NCBI GenBank assembly: GCA_965248575.1
Contig: CBDFJQ010000002.1
Coordinates: forward strand, 4,096,001 to 4,160,000
DNA length: 64,000 bases
From: Planctomycetota bacterium
Lineage (GTDB): Bacteria; Planctomycetota; B15-G4
Reading direction: 5' to 3'
Position numbers and translations under genes: made by a program. The notes under the pieces were generated by a model. It worked only from the letters and a program-made list of their open reading frames with translations, was not told the origin of the DNA and did no database searches. Positions 37,982-47,428 of this stretch are shown here, in pieces; within the stretch, counting starts at the first letter, position 1; the number at the start of each line of letters is the position of its first letter.

Positions 37982-39036
37982 GGCAGGACATCGACGACGA
38001 AGCAGCCTTCGGTCAGGGCCGAGGGTGCCCAGCTCATTCCTTGCACGGTGCCCATGAAGCTGCCGGCGATCCGTTGTCCGTCGAACGCCAGGATGTCCAC
38101 ACGCCAGGGCAGGGCCGGGTTCAATACGTCCAACCAAAGGATTGCCGAACAGCCGCCACCCGACTTGTTCTTGTTCTTCTTGGGTGAACTGCAACAGGAG
38201 CTCCGTCGTTCGAGCGCCGCCCGGTCGACACCAGACCAGCTTTGCGGCAAGGGATCAGCCGACTGGAGTGCAAAGTCGAGGAACAGTTTTTGGCATGCGG
38301 AGCTGACGCGTGTCCTGCCCACGAGACGTGTTGCAGGTTCCAGGTGCGCTGGCAGAGGCAGCGGGCTCGGCTGGAGTTCCACATCAGTGGAGCGCCGTTG
38401 TTGGCCGTCGGAACGATAGCTCAGGGCGTTCGGCCCAAGCCGACCTTGAGCGTCGAGCACGGCGAGGCCCACCGTGGATGCACCTGTGCCCAGCGGGTTA
38501 CGGATCGTCACCGGGTGGCAACCTGTCTTACCCCTGACGCGAACGATGTGGTGTCCGGTGACATCATCTCGAAACAAGGTCTTGGCCCGACGCTTGCCGA
38601 TGCGAATGGACACACGGCGTTGTCCCAGGAAGTTGCCGTGCACATCCAAGCTGTCGCCCTTGCTCACCAGCACCTGCTGAACCAAGGTGACCTCGGGCGC
38701 GCGCAGCTCGAAAGTGGTGGGGGAGAGGGAGGCGGCGCCGCCCTTGGGCTTGACGTAGAGTTCGAGCTCGCCTTCGACCCCGGTTCGCACCCGAGCGGTG
38801 ATGACCTTGTCACCGTAGGTGAGGACCTTGAGCCGGTAGCGTTTGGGTGCCCCTGGCTTGGACAGCCAAACCCGGGGCTTCTCGGCTCCGAAGCCAGACC
38901 CCGTGATGGTGACCACCGTGTCCAACGCGCCCAGATCAGGTGAGATGCTGATGAACTGGGTCTGCGGCATCGGAGCCAGGCTGAGCAGCAAGATCATCCA
39001 GCCGAACAAGAGGGACCGTGTTGCAAGGGTTTGCAT
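37978..39036 (-). CDS. Secreted IPT/TIG-domain protein
   Basis: ISISPDLG..DTVVTITGSGFG and a second HGNFLG unit; basic composition. Start uncertain. Confidence 0.6.
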   Translation of the reverse strand: MQTLATRSLLFGWMILLLSLAPMPQTQFISISPDLGALDTVVTITGSGFGAEKPRVWLSKPGAPKRYRLKVLTYGDKVITARVRTGVEGELELYVKPKGGAASLSPTTFELRAPEVTLVQQVLVSKGDSLDVHGNFLGQRRVSIRIGKRRAKTLFRDDVTGHHIVRVRGKTGCHPVTIRNPLGTGASTVGLAVLDAQGRLGPNALSYRSDGQQRRSTDVELQPSPLPLPAHLEPATRLVGRTRVSSACQKLFLDFALQSADPLPQSWSGVDRAALERRSSCCSSPKKNKNKSGGGCSAILWLDVLNPALPWRVDILAFDGQRIAGSFMGTVQGMSWAPSALTEGCFVVDVLP

Positions 39037-39217
39037 GGGCTGGAGCAGGGCTGGGTTTCGAGAGGGCGACAAACAAGGGAACGGGATGGGGGGGCAGCAC
39101 CGGACGGACCCAGCGAGCGCCAGCTGACGGCTGTCCTGCCAGCGACGCTGCCTGAGAGCCTGGGGTCCGTTAAGATGCCTCGTCCCCTTTCGCCGTTCTT
39201 CCTGGAGTCTGTGCTAC

Positions 39218-40135
39218 ATGACGTTCTCTCGCATGGCCCTGAGCTGGCGCAGGACGCAGTCGACCCGGCCGGCGGTCTTGGGTCTCTGCCTCTGGGCAGG
39301 CTGTCTCGCCTGTGGCGCTGCGCCGACGGTTCGAAGCACGGACGCATCGGCCGAGGGGCTGCTGGCAGCGGCGGACTCGCGCTCAGATGCAGTGGCCGAG
39401 CAGGGCACTGCGCCTGACGGCGAGGACCGGGAAGGTTGGATGCCCCTGTTCGATGGGCGAAGCCTCGAGGGCTGGATGCCCAAGATTGCCGGGCAGGCCT
39501 TGGGCCGTGACGAGCGCCAGATCTTTCGCGTGGAAGACGGTGTTCTGAAGGTGTCCTACGAGAACTACGAGCAGTTTCAAGGCGAGTTCGGGCACCTCTT
39601 CTACGAGACACCCTTCTCGCACTATCGTCTGCGCGTCGAGTACCGGTTCACGGGCGAACAGACGCCTGGCGGGCCCGGTTGGGCCTGGCGCAACAGCGGC
39701 GTCATGTTGCACGGGCAGTCCCCCGAGAGCATGGGCACCGACCAGGAGTTTCCTGTGAGTCTCGAGCTGCAGCTGTTGGGTGGCGACGGACAGAACACGC
39801 GGCCGACGGCGAATCTCTGCACGCCGGGCACGGACGTGGACATCGCGGGACAGCCGGTGAGCCAACACTGCATCAACGCGGAAGCTCCTACTTTCCATGG
39901 CGACGGCTGGGTCACCGTGGAAGCCGAAGTCATGGGCGGTGAGCGGGTGCGGCATCTGGTGAACGGGAGGGTGGTCCTTGAGTACTCCCGCCTGCGTTAC
40001 GACCCCGACGATGCAGACGCGCGCCGGCTGCCGACCTTCCCAAGGACGTGGGTCAGCGGCGGCTACCTGTCGCTGCAGGCGGAGAGCCACGGCGTGGAGT
40101 TCCGCCGCGTCGATGTGATGCCCCTCGATTCATGA
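39218..40135 (+). CDS. DUF1080 (3-keto-disaccharide hydrolase-like) exported protein
   Basis: LFDGRSLEGW, NSGV, ELQL, VNG and GYLSLQAESH..EFR. Confidence 0.9.
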   Translation: MTFSRMALSWRRTQSTRPAVLGLCLWAGCLACGAAPTVRSTDASAEGLLAAADSRSDAVAEQGTAPDGEDREGWMPLFDGRSLEGWMPKIAGQALGRDERQIFRVEDGVLKVSYENYEQFQGEFGHLFYETPFSHYRLRVEYRFTGEQTPGGPGWAWRNSGVMLHGQSPESMGTDQEFPVSLELQLLGGDGQNTRPTANLCTPGTDVDIAGQPVSQHCINAEAPTFHGDGWVTVEAEVMGGERVRHLVNGRVVLEYSRLRYDPDDADARRLPTFPRTWVSGGYLSLQAESHGVEFRRVDVMPLDS

Positions 40136-41199
40136 GACGGCCGTGGAAACGACGGTGTGGCCCTGCGACCTGCCTCGCCTTGTGTCTCGCCTGGGGTCTC
40201 CTGGCTTGCCAACCCGGCGAGGAAGCCAGCGAGCCAGACAGCGTTCAGCCGAAGGTCGAGACTTCGGGGCAGGTCTTCTCCGAAGTGCGCGATGCGGCCT
40301 TTGACCTGGTAGCCAACGGTGCCCCGGATGTGCAGTTGCGTCTCGCGTTGCAGGAGGCCCGGGCACTCAAGCCGGAGGCCTACGGTGTGAACGTCATGCT
40401 GGGGCAGGTGTGCGAACGGATGGGGCTCGCGGCGGAATCCGCGGATGCCTACGAGGTCGCCCTCGCGGCGCGCCCCGACGACATGGCGACCTTGCGCGCC
40501 TTGGTGTTGCAGTCCATGGAGGCCGGTCGCCATCAACGGGTGCGCGAGTTGCTTGAGCAGGTGTCCCTGGCTCCTTCCGAAGCGGGCTCGGTCCTCTTGT
40601 TGGAAGTCCGGTTATTGGTGGAAGGAGAGCAAGGCAACTCGGCGTCGGACGAAGTCGCGGCTCTGCTCGCTCGCGGTCTCGAAATCGAGCCGGTGCTGGC
40701 CGTGGAGGCGCTCACGATCCTGGGCAAGTGGTTGCACGAGACAGGGCAACACGATCTGGCCCGGGGTGCGCTGCTCGGTGCCCTGGCCGGCGCGCCTTCC
40801 GACACGGCCGTGCTCAAGACCTTGGCGGCGGCTTGCTGGAGGTTGGGGCTGGAGCCCGAAGCCCAACGCTGGCAGGAGGTGCTCGAGCTGCTGTTGGGCC
40901 TGCAGGACAATGTGTTCACCCGCGAGCAGAAGACCAGCAGTGGCGAGGCCAACCAACGCCAGGCCTTGGAGAACAGCGACTACATCCGGCGCGAGATGGA
41001 CTTGCACCGCGAGCGACTTGCCAGGCTCACGGTGATCCACCCCCTATGGCCGGACGCCTTCCTCGAGCTGGCGGAGGTCCAAGCGGCAGCCGGGGAACAG
41101 GCCGAAGCGTGCAGCACCCTGCAGGGCTACTTCTCCCAGCACGGCACGAGCCTGACCGAGGTCGAGCGCCAGACGCTCCTGCGTCGCTACTGCCGCTGA
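40132..41199 (+). CDS. TPR-repeat lipoprotein
   Basis: ATGA overlap with the DUF1080 gene; lipobox LLAC; helical TPR-like repeats. Confidence 0.65.
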   Translation: MRRPWKRRCGPATCLALCLAWGLLACQPGEEASEPDSVQPKVETSGQVFSEVRDAAFDLVANGAPDVQLRLALQEARALKPEAYGVNVMLGQVCERMGLAAESADAYEVALAARPDDMATLRALVLQSMEAGRHQRVRELLEQVSLAPSEAGSVLLLEVRLLVEGEQGNSASDEVAALLARGLEIEPVLAVEALTILGKWLHETGQHDLARGALLGALAGAPSDTAVLKTLAAACWRLGLEPEAQRWQEVLELLLGLQDNVFTREQKTSSGEANQRQALENSDYIRREMDLHRERLARLTVIHPLWPDAFLELAEVQAAAGEQAEACSTLQGYFSQHGTSLTEVERQTLLRRYCR

Positions 41200-41239
41200 G
41201 GGGTGGAGCTACTGAATTGTTGGAGTGGCTTGCGTTTTG

Positions 41240-41274
41240 AAGATGTTTTGATGATTCTAGAAGTATGGAAATAT
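41240..41274 (+). promoter_or_regulatory. AT-rich putative ArsR operator/promoter overlapping the arsR start
   Basis: GTTTTGATGATTCTAGAAGTATGGAAAT with a TTCTAGAA palindrome, in an otherwise GC-rich context. Confidence 0.45.
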
Positions 41275-41639
41275 CAGCAGCCGTTGCCGCCCTGTCCGCC
41301 TTGGCGCACGAGTCCCGTTTGGAAGCCTTCCGCCTGCTGGTGAAGGCTGGGCCCGAGGGGATAGCCGCCGGTGAGATCGCCGCCCAGCTGGATGTCCCCG
41401 CACCCACCCTCTCGTTTCATCTCGCGCAGTTGGTGCGGGCGGGCTTGCTGAGCTCCCGGCGCAGCGGACGTTCGGTGCGCTACGCCCTGCGCGTGGATGG
41501 CATCCGGGATCTTCTGGGTTTCGTCACCCAGGAGTGCTGCCAGGGGCGGCCCGAGTTGTGCATGCCTCAGGAGGCGTGCGCCGACGCTGACCTGGCATCG
41601 GCCGCAAGCGAAGGTGATTGCGGGGAGTGCGCGCCATGA
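41265..41639 (+). CDS. arsR: ArsR/SmtB metalloregulator with a C-terminal Cys site
   Basis: [18 protein letters not shown] and [10 protein letters not shown]. Confidence 0.92.
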   Translation: MEISAAVAALSALAHESRLEAFRLLVKAGPEGIAAGEIAAQLDVPAPTLSFHLAQLVRAGLLSSRRSGRSVRYALRVDGIRDLLGFVTQECCQGRPELCMPQEACADADLASAASEGDCGECAP

Positions 41640-42814
41640 GCAACCGACGCATGCAGGGCTTCGAACGCCTGCTGAGTCTGTGGGTCGCCTTGTGCATGGT
41701 GGCGGGCATCCTGTTGGGGCGCTTCGCACCCGGCCTCGCCCAGACCCTCGACGGCATGAGCCTCGATGTGGGTGGTGCACCGGTGGTGTCGATCCCTATC
41801 GCCATCTGCCTCTTCTTCATGATGTTTCCGATCATGGTGAAGATCGACTTTACGGAGGTCGTGCGCGCCGGCAAGAGCACACGCCCGGTGTTGTTGACGC
41901 TGTTCATCAACTGGTGTGTGAAGCCGTTCACGATGCTGGCCTTGTCGAGCTTCTTCCTCGGGCACCTGTTCCTGGAGTTCATCGGACCGGACGCTACCGA
42001 CCTCGTGAAGATCCCCTTCGGCCTCGACCTCGAACTCGGGGCGCACTACGGCGCTGGGCAGGTGGTGCTGCACGAAGGGATGCGCATGCTGGAGATCCCA
42101 CTCTGGCGTAGCTATCTCGCCGGCTGCATCCTGTTGGGCGTGGCGCCATGCACGGCCATGGTGCTGGTCTGGGGTTACCTCGCCCGGGGTAGCGACGCCC
42201 ACACGCTCGTGATGGTGGCGCTCAACTCCCTGACCATGCTCGTGCTCTATGGGTTGCTGGGCGGCTATCTGCTCGGCGTGGGGCGGCTGCCGGTGCCGTG
42301 GCAGGCCTTGCTGCTGTCCATCGGCGTCTATGTGGCGCTGCCCCTGGTGGCCGGCATCCTCGTGCGCAAGAGTCTCCTGGCCAGCAAGGGGGAGGTCTGG
42401 TTCAAGCAGCGCTTCTTGCACGTGCTCACGCCCATCACCATCGGCGCCTTGCTGCTCACCTTGGTCTTGCTGTTCTCCTTCAAGGGGGACGTGATCCTCG
42501 AGAACCCGCTGACGCTGGTTTGGATCGCCGTGCCGCTCGTGGTCCAGACGCTGCTCATCTTCGGACTGGGGTATGGCCTGGCCAAGCTCCTGGGGCTGCG
42601 TTACGCCGACGCGGCGCCCAGCGCCTTGATCGGCGCCAGCAACCACTTCGAAGTGGCCATCGCCACCGCGGCCATGTTGTTCGGGCTCTCGTCGGGTGCC
42701 GCCCTCGCGACGGTGGTGGGCGTGCTGATCGAAGTGCCGTTGATGCTCATCCTGGTGCGATTCTGTCTCAGGACCGAGGGCTGGTTCGGCAAACCCGAGT
42801 CGCAGGCTTCCTGA
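41636..42814 (+). CDS. acr3: Arsenite efflux transporter ACR3
   Basis: [38 protein letters not shown] and GVLIEVP. Confidence 0.95.
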   Translation: MSNRRMQGFERLLSLWVALCMVAGILLGRFAPGLAQTLDGMSLDVGGAPVVSIPIAICLFFMMFPIMVKIDFTEVVRAGKSTRPVLLTLFINWCVKPFTMLALSSFFLGHLFLEFIGPDATDLVKIPFGLDLELGAHYGAGQVVLHEGMRMLEIPLWRSYLAGCILLGVAPCTAMVLVWGYLARGSDAHTLVMVALNSLTMLVLYGLLGGYLLGVGRLPVPWQALLLSIGVYVALPLVAGILVRKSLLASKGEVWFKQRFLHVLTPITIGALLLTLVLLFSFKGDVILENPLTLVWIAVPLVVQTLLIFGLGYGLAKLLGLRYADAAPSALIGASNHFEVAIATAAMLFGLSSGAALATVVGVLIEVPLMLILVRFCLRTEGWFGKPESQAS

Positions 42815-42900
42815 GTCGGGCTCAGTTCCTTCAAACGCAGCTCCGGTCGCCCGCGTTGCTTCTGGCATGCTGTGCGACTGCTTCCTTGTCCCGCGCCCGT

Positions 42901-42932
42901 TGTCCTTCGTGCTTGATGTCCTTCGTGCCTGA
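42901..42932 (+). repeat. Two tandem 16-bp repeats TGTCCTTCGTGC(T/C)TGA
   Basis: Read directly; one mismatch between units. Confidence 0.8.
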
Positions 42933-44787
42933 CTGCTCTTCGAAATGGACTGCGATCTGTCGTGTGCGCTTCCGGCCTTCGTGGTCGTGCGTCTGGCTGC
43001 TCGCCAGCTCCATGGCTGCCTTGGGTTGCGGGGCCGAGAGCGCACCCGGTGAAGGCGGCGTGAGCGCTGAGAACCCAAGCTCTGCGTCGACTTCTGAGTC
43101 GGCCGGGGTGACGACCGGAGCAGACTCTTCCAGGGCGGGGGGATCAGCCCTGGGCGAGGCGCTCGTGGACATGGCCGAGGCCGCCGGAATCGACTTCGTC
43201 CATACCCATGGCGGCCGCGGGAAGCGCTACTTGTTCGAGACCATGGGCTCGGGTGTGGCGGCCAGCGACTTCAACGGTGACGGTCGACCCGACTTGATAT
43301 TCCTGCAGAGCGGCACCCTGCCAGCCGACGAGTTCAACGAGAACGTGTTGAAGCAGGCGCGGCATGCCACGGGCACCAGCAGCTCGCTCTACCTGAACCA
43401 GGGGGCGTGGCGCTTCTCCAACGCCACCGAAGGCAGCGGCCTCGAAGACCCCTTCTACGCCATGGGCCTGGCGGTGGGGGACATCGACGCGGACGGCGAT
43501 CGGGATGTCTACGCCGCTGCCTATGGTTGGGATCGTCTGTTCGTGAACGACGGAGCAGCCCACTTCGAGAATCGGGCCGAGGCGGCGGGCGTGCGCGATC
43601 GGCGCTGGACCATCGGCGGGGCCTTCCTCGATGCGGACCTGGACGGCGACCTCGACCTCTACGCCCTCGGTTTCATCGACATGTCGCTCAAGGACCACCG
43701 GGTGTGTGGCCCATCGCCAGACGTCCGCCAGTACTGCCACGTGGATGGTTGGGAGGGCATCATCGACCGCCTGTGGGTCAACGACGGCTCGGGGAACTTC
43801 GTGGACGGGGGCGAGGCGGCGGGCATCTCGAGCGCCAAGCGGCGCGGCTTGGCGGTGATCGGCAGCGACTGGGACGACGATGGGGACACGGATCTGTTCG
43901 TGGCCAACGACAGTCAGGCCAACCTCGTCTGGCGCAACGAAGGGGATGGGACCTTCACCGACATCAGTGGCATGTCCGGCGCCGACCTGAATGAGCACGG
44001 CAAGAGCGAGGCCTGCATGGGCTCGGATATGGGCGACCTGGACAACGACGGTGACCCGGACCTCTACGTCGTGAACTTCCAGGCCGAGACCAACACCCTC
44101 TACCGCAACGACGGCGGCGGCTTCTTCACCGACGTCTCCGGCAGCAGCGGCACGGGCCAGCCCAGCCGCGACGCTCTGGGCTTCGGCACGGTCTTCGTGG
44201 ACATCGAGAACGACGGCGACCTCGACATCTATGTCGCCAACGGCCACATCATGGACAACATCGACGCCACCGAGAGCAGCAGCACCTACGCCCAACCCGA
44301 CCAGCTGATGCTCAACGACGGCGGTGGCCGCTTCGACGCGGCGGCACCGGAGCTCTCGGCGGCCCTGCGAGTGGGCCGGGTCGGTCGAGGGCTTGTGCGC
44401 GCTGATCTCGACGGGGACGGCGACCACGATCTGGTGGTGTCCAACAGCAACCAGCGCCCGTGGGTCCTACGCAACGACCTGGCGCAGGGCAACAGCATCG
44501 CCATCCGGCTGCACGGGCCAGGGGGGCGTGCGGATGCCGAGGGCGCGAAGCTCGTGTTCAGCGCCGGGGACAAGCGCTGGGTGCGCGAGCTGACCTCAGG
44601 CGGCAGCTACGAGAGCCACTCCGACAGCGAGATCATCGTGGGTCTGGGCGAGCTGATGCGCATCGAGAGCCTGAGCATTCGCTGGCCCGGCGGGAACACC
44701 ACGGAGCACGGTCCGCTGGATACGGGTAAGCGCTACAGCATCGCGTTCAACGGAGGCTTGGTTGCTGAGGCTCCCTTCGCTCGCTGA
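42916..44787 (+). CDS. CRTAC1-family FG-GAP protein with ASPIC/UnbV C-terminal domain
   Basis: ETMGSGVA, repeated DxDxDGDxD, ACMG, GRGL..ADLDGDGD, GGSYES and IRWPGG; lipobox-like ALGC. Start uncertain. Confidence 0.88.
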   Translation: MSFVPDCSSKWTAICRVRFRPSWSCVWLLASSMAALGCGAESAPGEGGVSAENPSSASTSESAGVTTGADSSRAGGSALGEALVDMAEAAGIDFVHTHGGRGKRYLFETMGSGVAASDFNGDGRPDLIFLQSGTLPADEFNENVLKQARHATGTSSSLYLNQGAWRFSNATEGSGLEDPFYAMGLAVGDIDADGDRDVYAAAYGWDRLFVNDGAAHFENRAEAAGVRDRRWTIGGAFLDADLDGDLDLYALGFIDMSLKDHRVCGPSPDVRQYCHVDGWEGIIDRLWVNDGSGNFVDGGEAAGISSAKRRGLAVIGSDWDDDGDTDLFVANDSQANLVWRNEGDGTFTDISGMSGADLNEHGKSEACMGSDMGDLDNDGDPDLYVVNFQAETNTLYRNDGGGFFTDVSGSSGTGQPSRDALGFGTVFVDIENDGDLDIYVANGHIMDNIDATESSSTYAQPDQLMLNDGGGRFDAAAPELSAALRVGRVGRGLVRADLDGDGDHDLVVSNSNQRPWVLRNDLAQGNSIAIRLHGPGGRADAEGAKLVFSAGDKRWVRELTSGGSYESHSDSEIIVGLGELMRIESLSIRWPGGNTTEHGPLDTGKRYSIAFNGGLVAEAPFAR

Positions 44788-44834
44788 TCATCCGGCTCGT
44801 TGTAATTGGTCACTCTAGTGGGAGGCACGGGCGA

Positions 44835-45593
44835 ATGGACTCGACGCGCCAGGGAGACGACGGACGGTTGGGCGGAAGGATTCTGAGCTTGCTGCTTCTG
44901 TGCTGCGTGGCGCTGCTCGGGTGTACGACACCACTTCCGGTCGTTGCCCGGGTCTCGGGGCGGGTGCTCTTCAACGGTGAGTTTCCGCTGCTGAAACGCG
45001 TGACGATGAAGGCTGAACCTTACTGCGTCGATGCCGTGGGCTCCGAGACGCTGCCCGAGGAGCGCGCGCTGCGTGACTCAGAGGGCGGCTTGGCCAACGT
45101 GTTGGTGTTCGTGAGCGACGGTCACGCCGGTCGGCTGCCAGATGGCCTGTCGCCGGAGCTGCTGGGCGAGGTGCTTCTTGACGCGAGGCAGTGCGCCTTC
45201 ACGCCTCGGGTCTTGGGTGTCAGGGCACGCCAGTCGGTGGTCATGACGAACCACGATGATGTGATGCACCGTTTCCACCCTAACCCGACCCGCAACCGCG
45301 GCCATGAGCCGGGAATGCCGAACACGGGGCGGGAGCAGACCTTCGCGTTTCGGAACGCAGAGCGTCCCTTCCGCGTGATGTGTGACGTCCATGTCTGGGA
45401 GCGGGCATGGATCGGGGTCTTCGACCATCCCTGGTTTGCTGTCACGGACGAGCACGGGGTCTTCGAGCTGCCCGAGGGGCTGGAACCAGGGGCCTACACC
45501 CTCACGGCCTGGCATGAGGTGCTCGGGGAACGGACCTATCAGCTCATCGTGTCAGAGGGTGAAGCGGCACGCTTGGTGGAGCTGAACTACTGA
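44835..45593 (+). CDS. Lipoprotein with cupredoxin-like and carboxypeptidase-regulatory-like domains
   Basis: LLGC; CAFTP, NHDDVMH, CDVHVW, HPWFAVTD and GAYTLTAWHE. Confidence 0.75.
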   Translation: MDSTRQGDDGRLGGRILSLLLLCCVALLGCTTPLPVVARVSGRVLFNGEFPLLKRVTMKAEPYCVDAVGSETLPEERALRDSEGGLANVLVFVSDGHAGRLPDGLSPELLGEVLLDARQCAFTPRVLGVRARQSVVMTNHDDVMHRFHPNPTRNRGHEPGMPNTGREQTFAFRNAERPFRVMCDVHVWERAWIGVFDHPWFAVTDEHGVFELPEGLEPGAYTLTAWHEVLGERTYQLIVSEGEAARLVELNY

Positions 45594-45630
45594 CGGCCAG
45601 AATGGGCCACGCCCTGAGCTCAGGCTCGGC

Positions 45631-46587
45631 TTAGAGCACTTCGTCCGGGCCTTCGTCGTAGACGGGCACCTCTTTGATGACTTCCGACTGGCCGTGCTCG
45701 CGCTCACGCCACAGCAGGTACTCGTCAATCTCATCCTGGTTGGCGGAGATCTCACTCAGGGAACGCATGAGCGAGCGTTCGCGGGACGAGAAGTCGACGC
45801 CCGTGGTGGAGCCGAAGTCGTCGTTGAGCGGGTCGAAGAAGAACAAGCCCACGATGAAATCGGCAATCTCCACCGGGTGCACGTCAGCTTCGGCGCCGGC
45901 GAAGAGGACGGTGGCGCCGCCGCCGATGGCCCAGTAGTCGCGGAAGTCGCGGTAGAGCGGTGAGGAGAACATGTGCAGCCCGCCTTCACCGAAGCTGCCG
46001 CCCTGCACGCCGGAGGTGCCTGCCTGGAAGCCGCTGATGACCTCGACGCCGAAGGGCAGGATGTTGAAGCCCGCCTCGGCCTGGGCCAGCACGCCCAGCG
46101 AACGGTGATCGTGCCAACCCAAGCCAGCGACCGAGCGCGCTCCAAAGGCGAACTGCACGGCGCGGGTGACGTGGGCATCGACCCAGAGACCGAAGCCGAG
46201 GTGCACGTCGAAGGACACGATGTCGAACACATCGAGGATGCGGTCGGGGATGTACCACAGCACGTGCTCGTACCAGGCGACGTCGATGGGCTGCCGGATG
46301 GCGACGTTGCTGCCGAGGAAACTGTTGTTGAAGAGGTTCTCGAGGTCTGCGGGGAGGCCGGCCAAGGCGGCTTGGACGCCGGGGTAGTCGGGGTCGACCT
46401 CGCTGACCGCATGCGCCAACTGGAACGATTCGATGGCGTTGCCCTGGGCCATGCGTTCCGTGGATGAGCGCATGGCGTGGTTCATGACCACGTCGATCTC
46501 GGAGCCGGAGCGTGGGGTGCTGCACCCCGCGCTTCCAACCAGCGCGGCGGCGAGCATGATTGCGGCAAAGAGACCTGTGCGCTTCAT
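45631..46587 (-). CDS. Hypothetical lipoprotein
   Basis: GGAG upstream of ATG 46587; MKR + hydrophobic stretch + SAGC; Gly-rich beta-like C-terminal half. Confidence 0.65.
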   Translation of the reverse strand: MKRTGLFAAIMLAAALVGSAGCSTPRSGSEIDVVMNHAMRSSTERMAQGNAIESFQLAHAVSEVDPDYPGVQAALAGLPADLENLFNNSFLGSNVAIRQPIDVAWYEHVLWYIPDRILDVFDIVSFDVHLGFGLWVDAHVTRAVQFAFGARSVAGLGWHDHRSLGVLAQAEAGFNILPFGVEVISGFQAGTSGVQGGSFGEGGLHMFSSPLYRDFRDYWAIGGGATVLFAGAEADVHPVEIADFIVGLFFFDPLNDDFGSTTGVDFSSRERSLMRSLSEISANQDEIDEYLLWREREHGQSEVIKEVPVYDEGPDEVL

Positions 46588-46733
46588 CGTGTTCCGGCTC
46601 CCGTTCATGGTGGTTCCAGCGACTTGCGGCCCCTGCTGAGCGTACCGCTGCTCAACACACCATGGCGCGCCAGAAGCCCTGATTGAAGTCTGGAGTGCGG
46701 GAGCTTTGGGTCGCCAGCCCGCGCAGAGGACGC

Positions 46734-47270
46734 TCAGCCCTTCTTGAAGCCCACCACCCAGCCGGCCAGCAGGGCCGCCGCAGACGGAACCCGATCGGTG
46801 AGGAAGTCGGTGAAGGTGGCGTTCTCCTTCAGGTTGAAGACCCATTCATTGAGTTGGGCAATGACGCCGTCCCAGTCCACCTCGAACCAACCCGCTTGGA
46901 CGCCGGCCTGTGTCCCGAGGAAGAGGACCGCCATCAAGATCAGCAGGATCTTCACGATCTTGCGGGTGGTGTAGCCCAGGGCGAAGCCGATCAAACCGAA
47001 GAAGCTGGCCTCGGTGAGATACGGGAGGTACTTCTCGAGGCCCTCGGGCGATTCGCTCGCCTCGGCCGTAGCGCCGCCCGCGGTGAGGGCACTGGCACCC
47101 GGCGCGAGCACGGTGGACTCGCTGGTGGCGGCCCCGGCGTCGGGTGCCAAGGCGGCGCGCACGGCAATGGAGCCGACAAGCAGGACGGCGAGCAGCCCCA
47201 GGACAACCTTCTGCAGGGTCGTGGGGCCGGTGGCGCTGGCTGAGGAACCGCTGGTCTTCGAAGTCGTCAT
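46734..47270 (-). CDS. FUN14-family membrane protein
   Basis: GFALGYTTRKIVK, GWFEVDW and GWVVGFKKG. Confidence 0.8.
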   Translation of the reverse strand: MTTSKTSGSSASATGPTTLQKVVLGLLAVLLVGSIAVRAALAPDAGAATSESTVLAPGASALTAGGATAEASESPEGLEKYLPYLTEASFFGLIGFALGYTTRKIVKILLILMAVLFLGTQAGVQAGWFEVDWDGVIAQLNEWVFNLKENATFTDFLTDRVPSAAALLAGWVVGFKKG

Positions 47271-47428
47271 GGGGGTCGAGGCTACACCTCGGCATCCGCG
47301 ATGGGAATCTCGGGAGGAGGTTACGTCTCTTGAGAATGGGCCTAACCTGGAGGCAGGCACCCGGGTTTGGGTTGTCCCTGTAGCAGGAGAAGGGCAGGAG
47401 AAGAGCAGAGGAAAAAGAGGAGGTCGTC

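Noticed and set aside
42811..42830. Terminator after acr3 (CTGAG-TCGGG-CTCAG followed by TTCCTT)
   Set aside because: The stem is only 5 bp with a weak U tract; too weak to call.
42298..42915. N-terminal 206 aa of the 829-aa ASPIC/UnbV ORF
   Set aside because: Most of it overlaps acr3 in another frame and looks non-coding; a signal/lipobox appears only after 42916.
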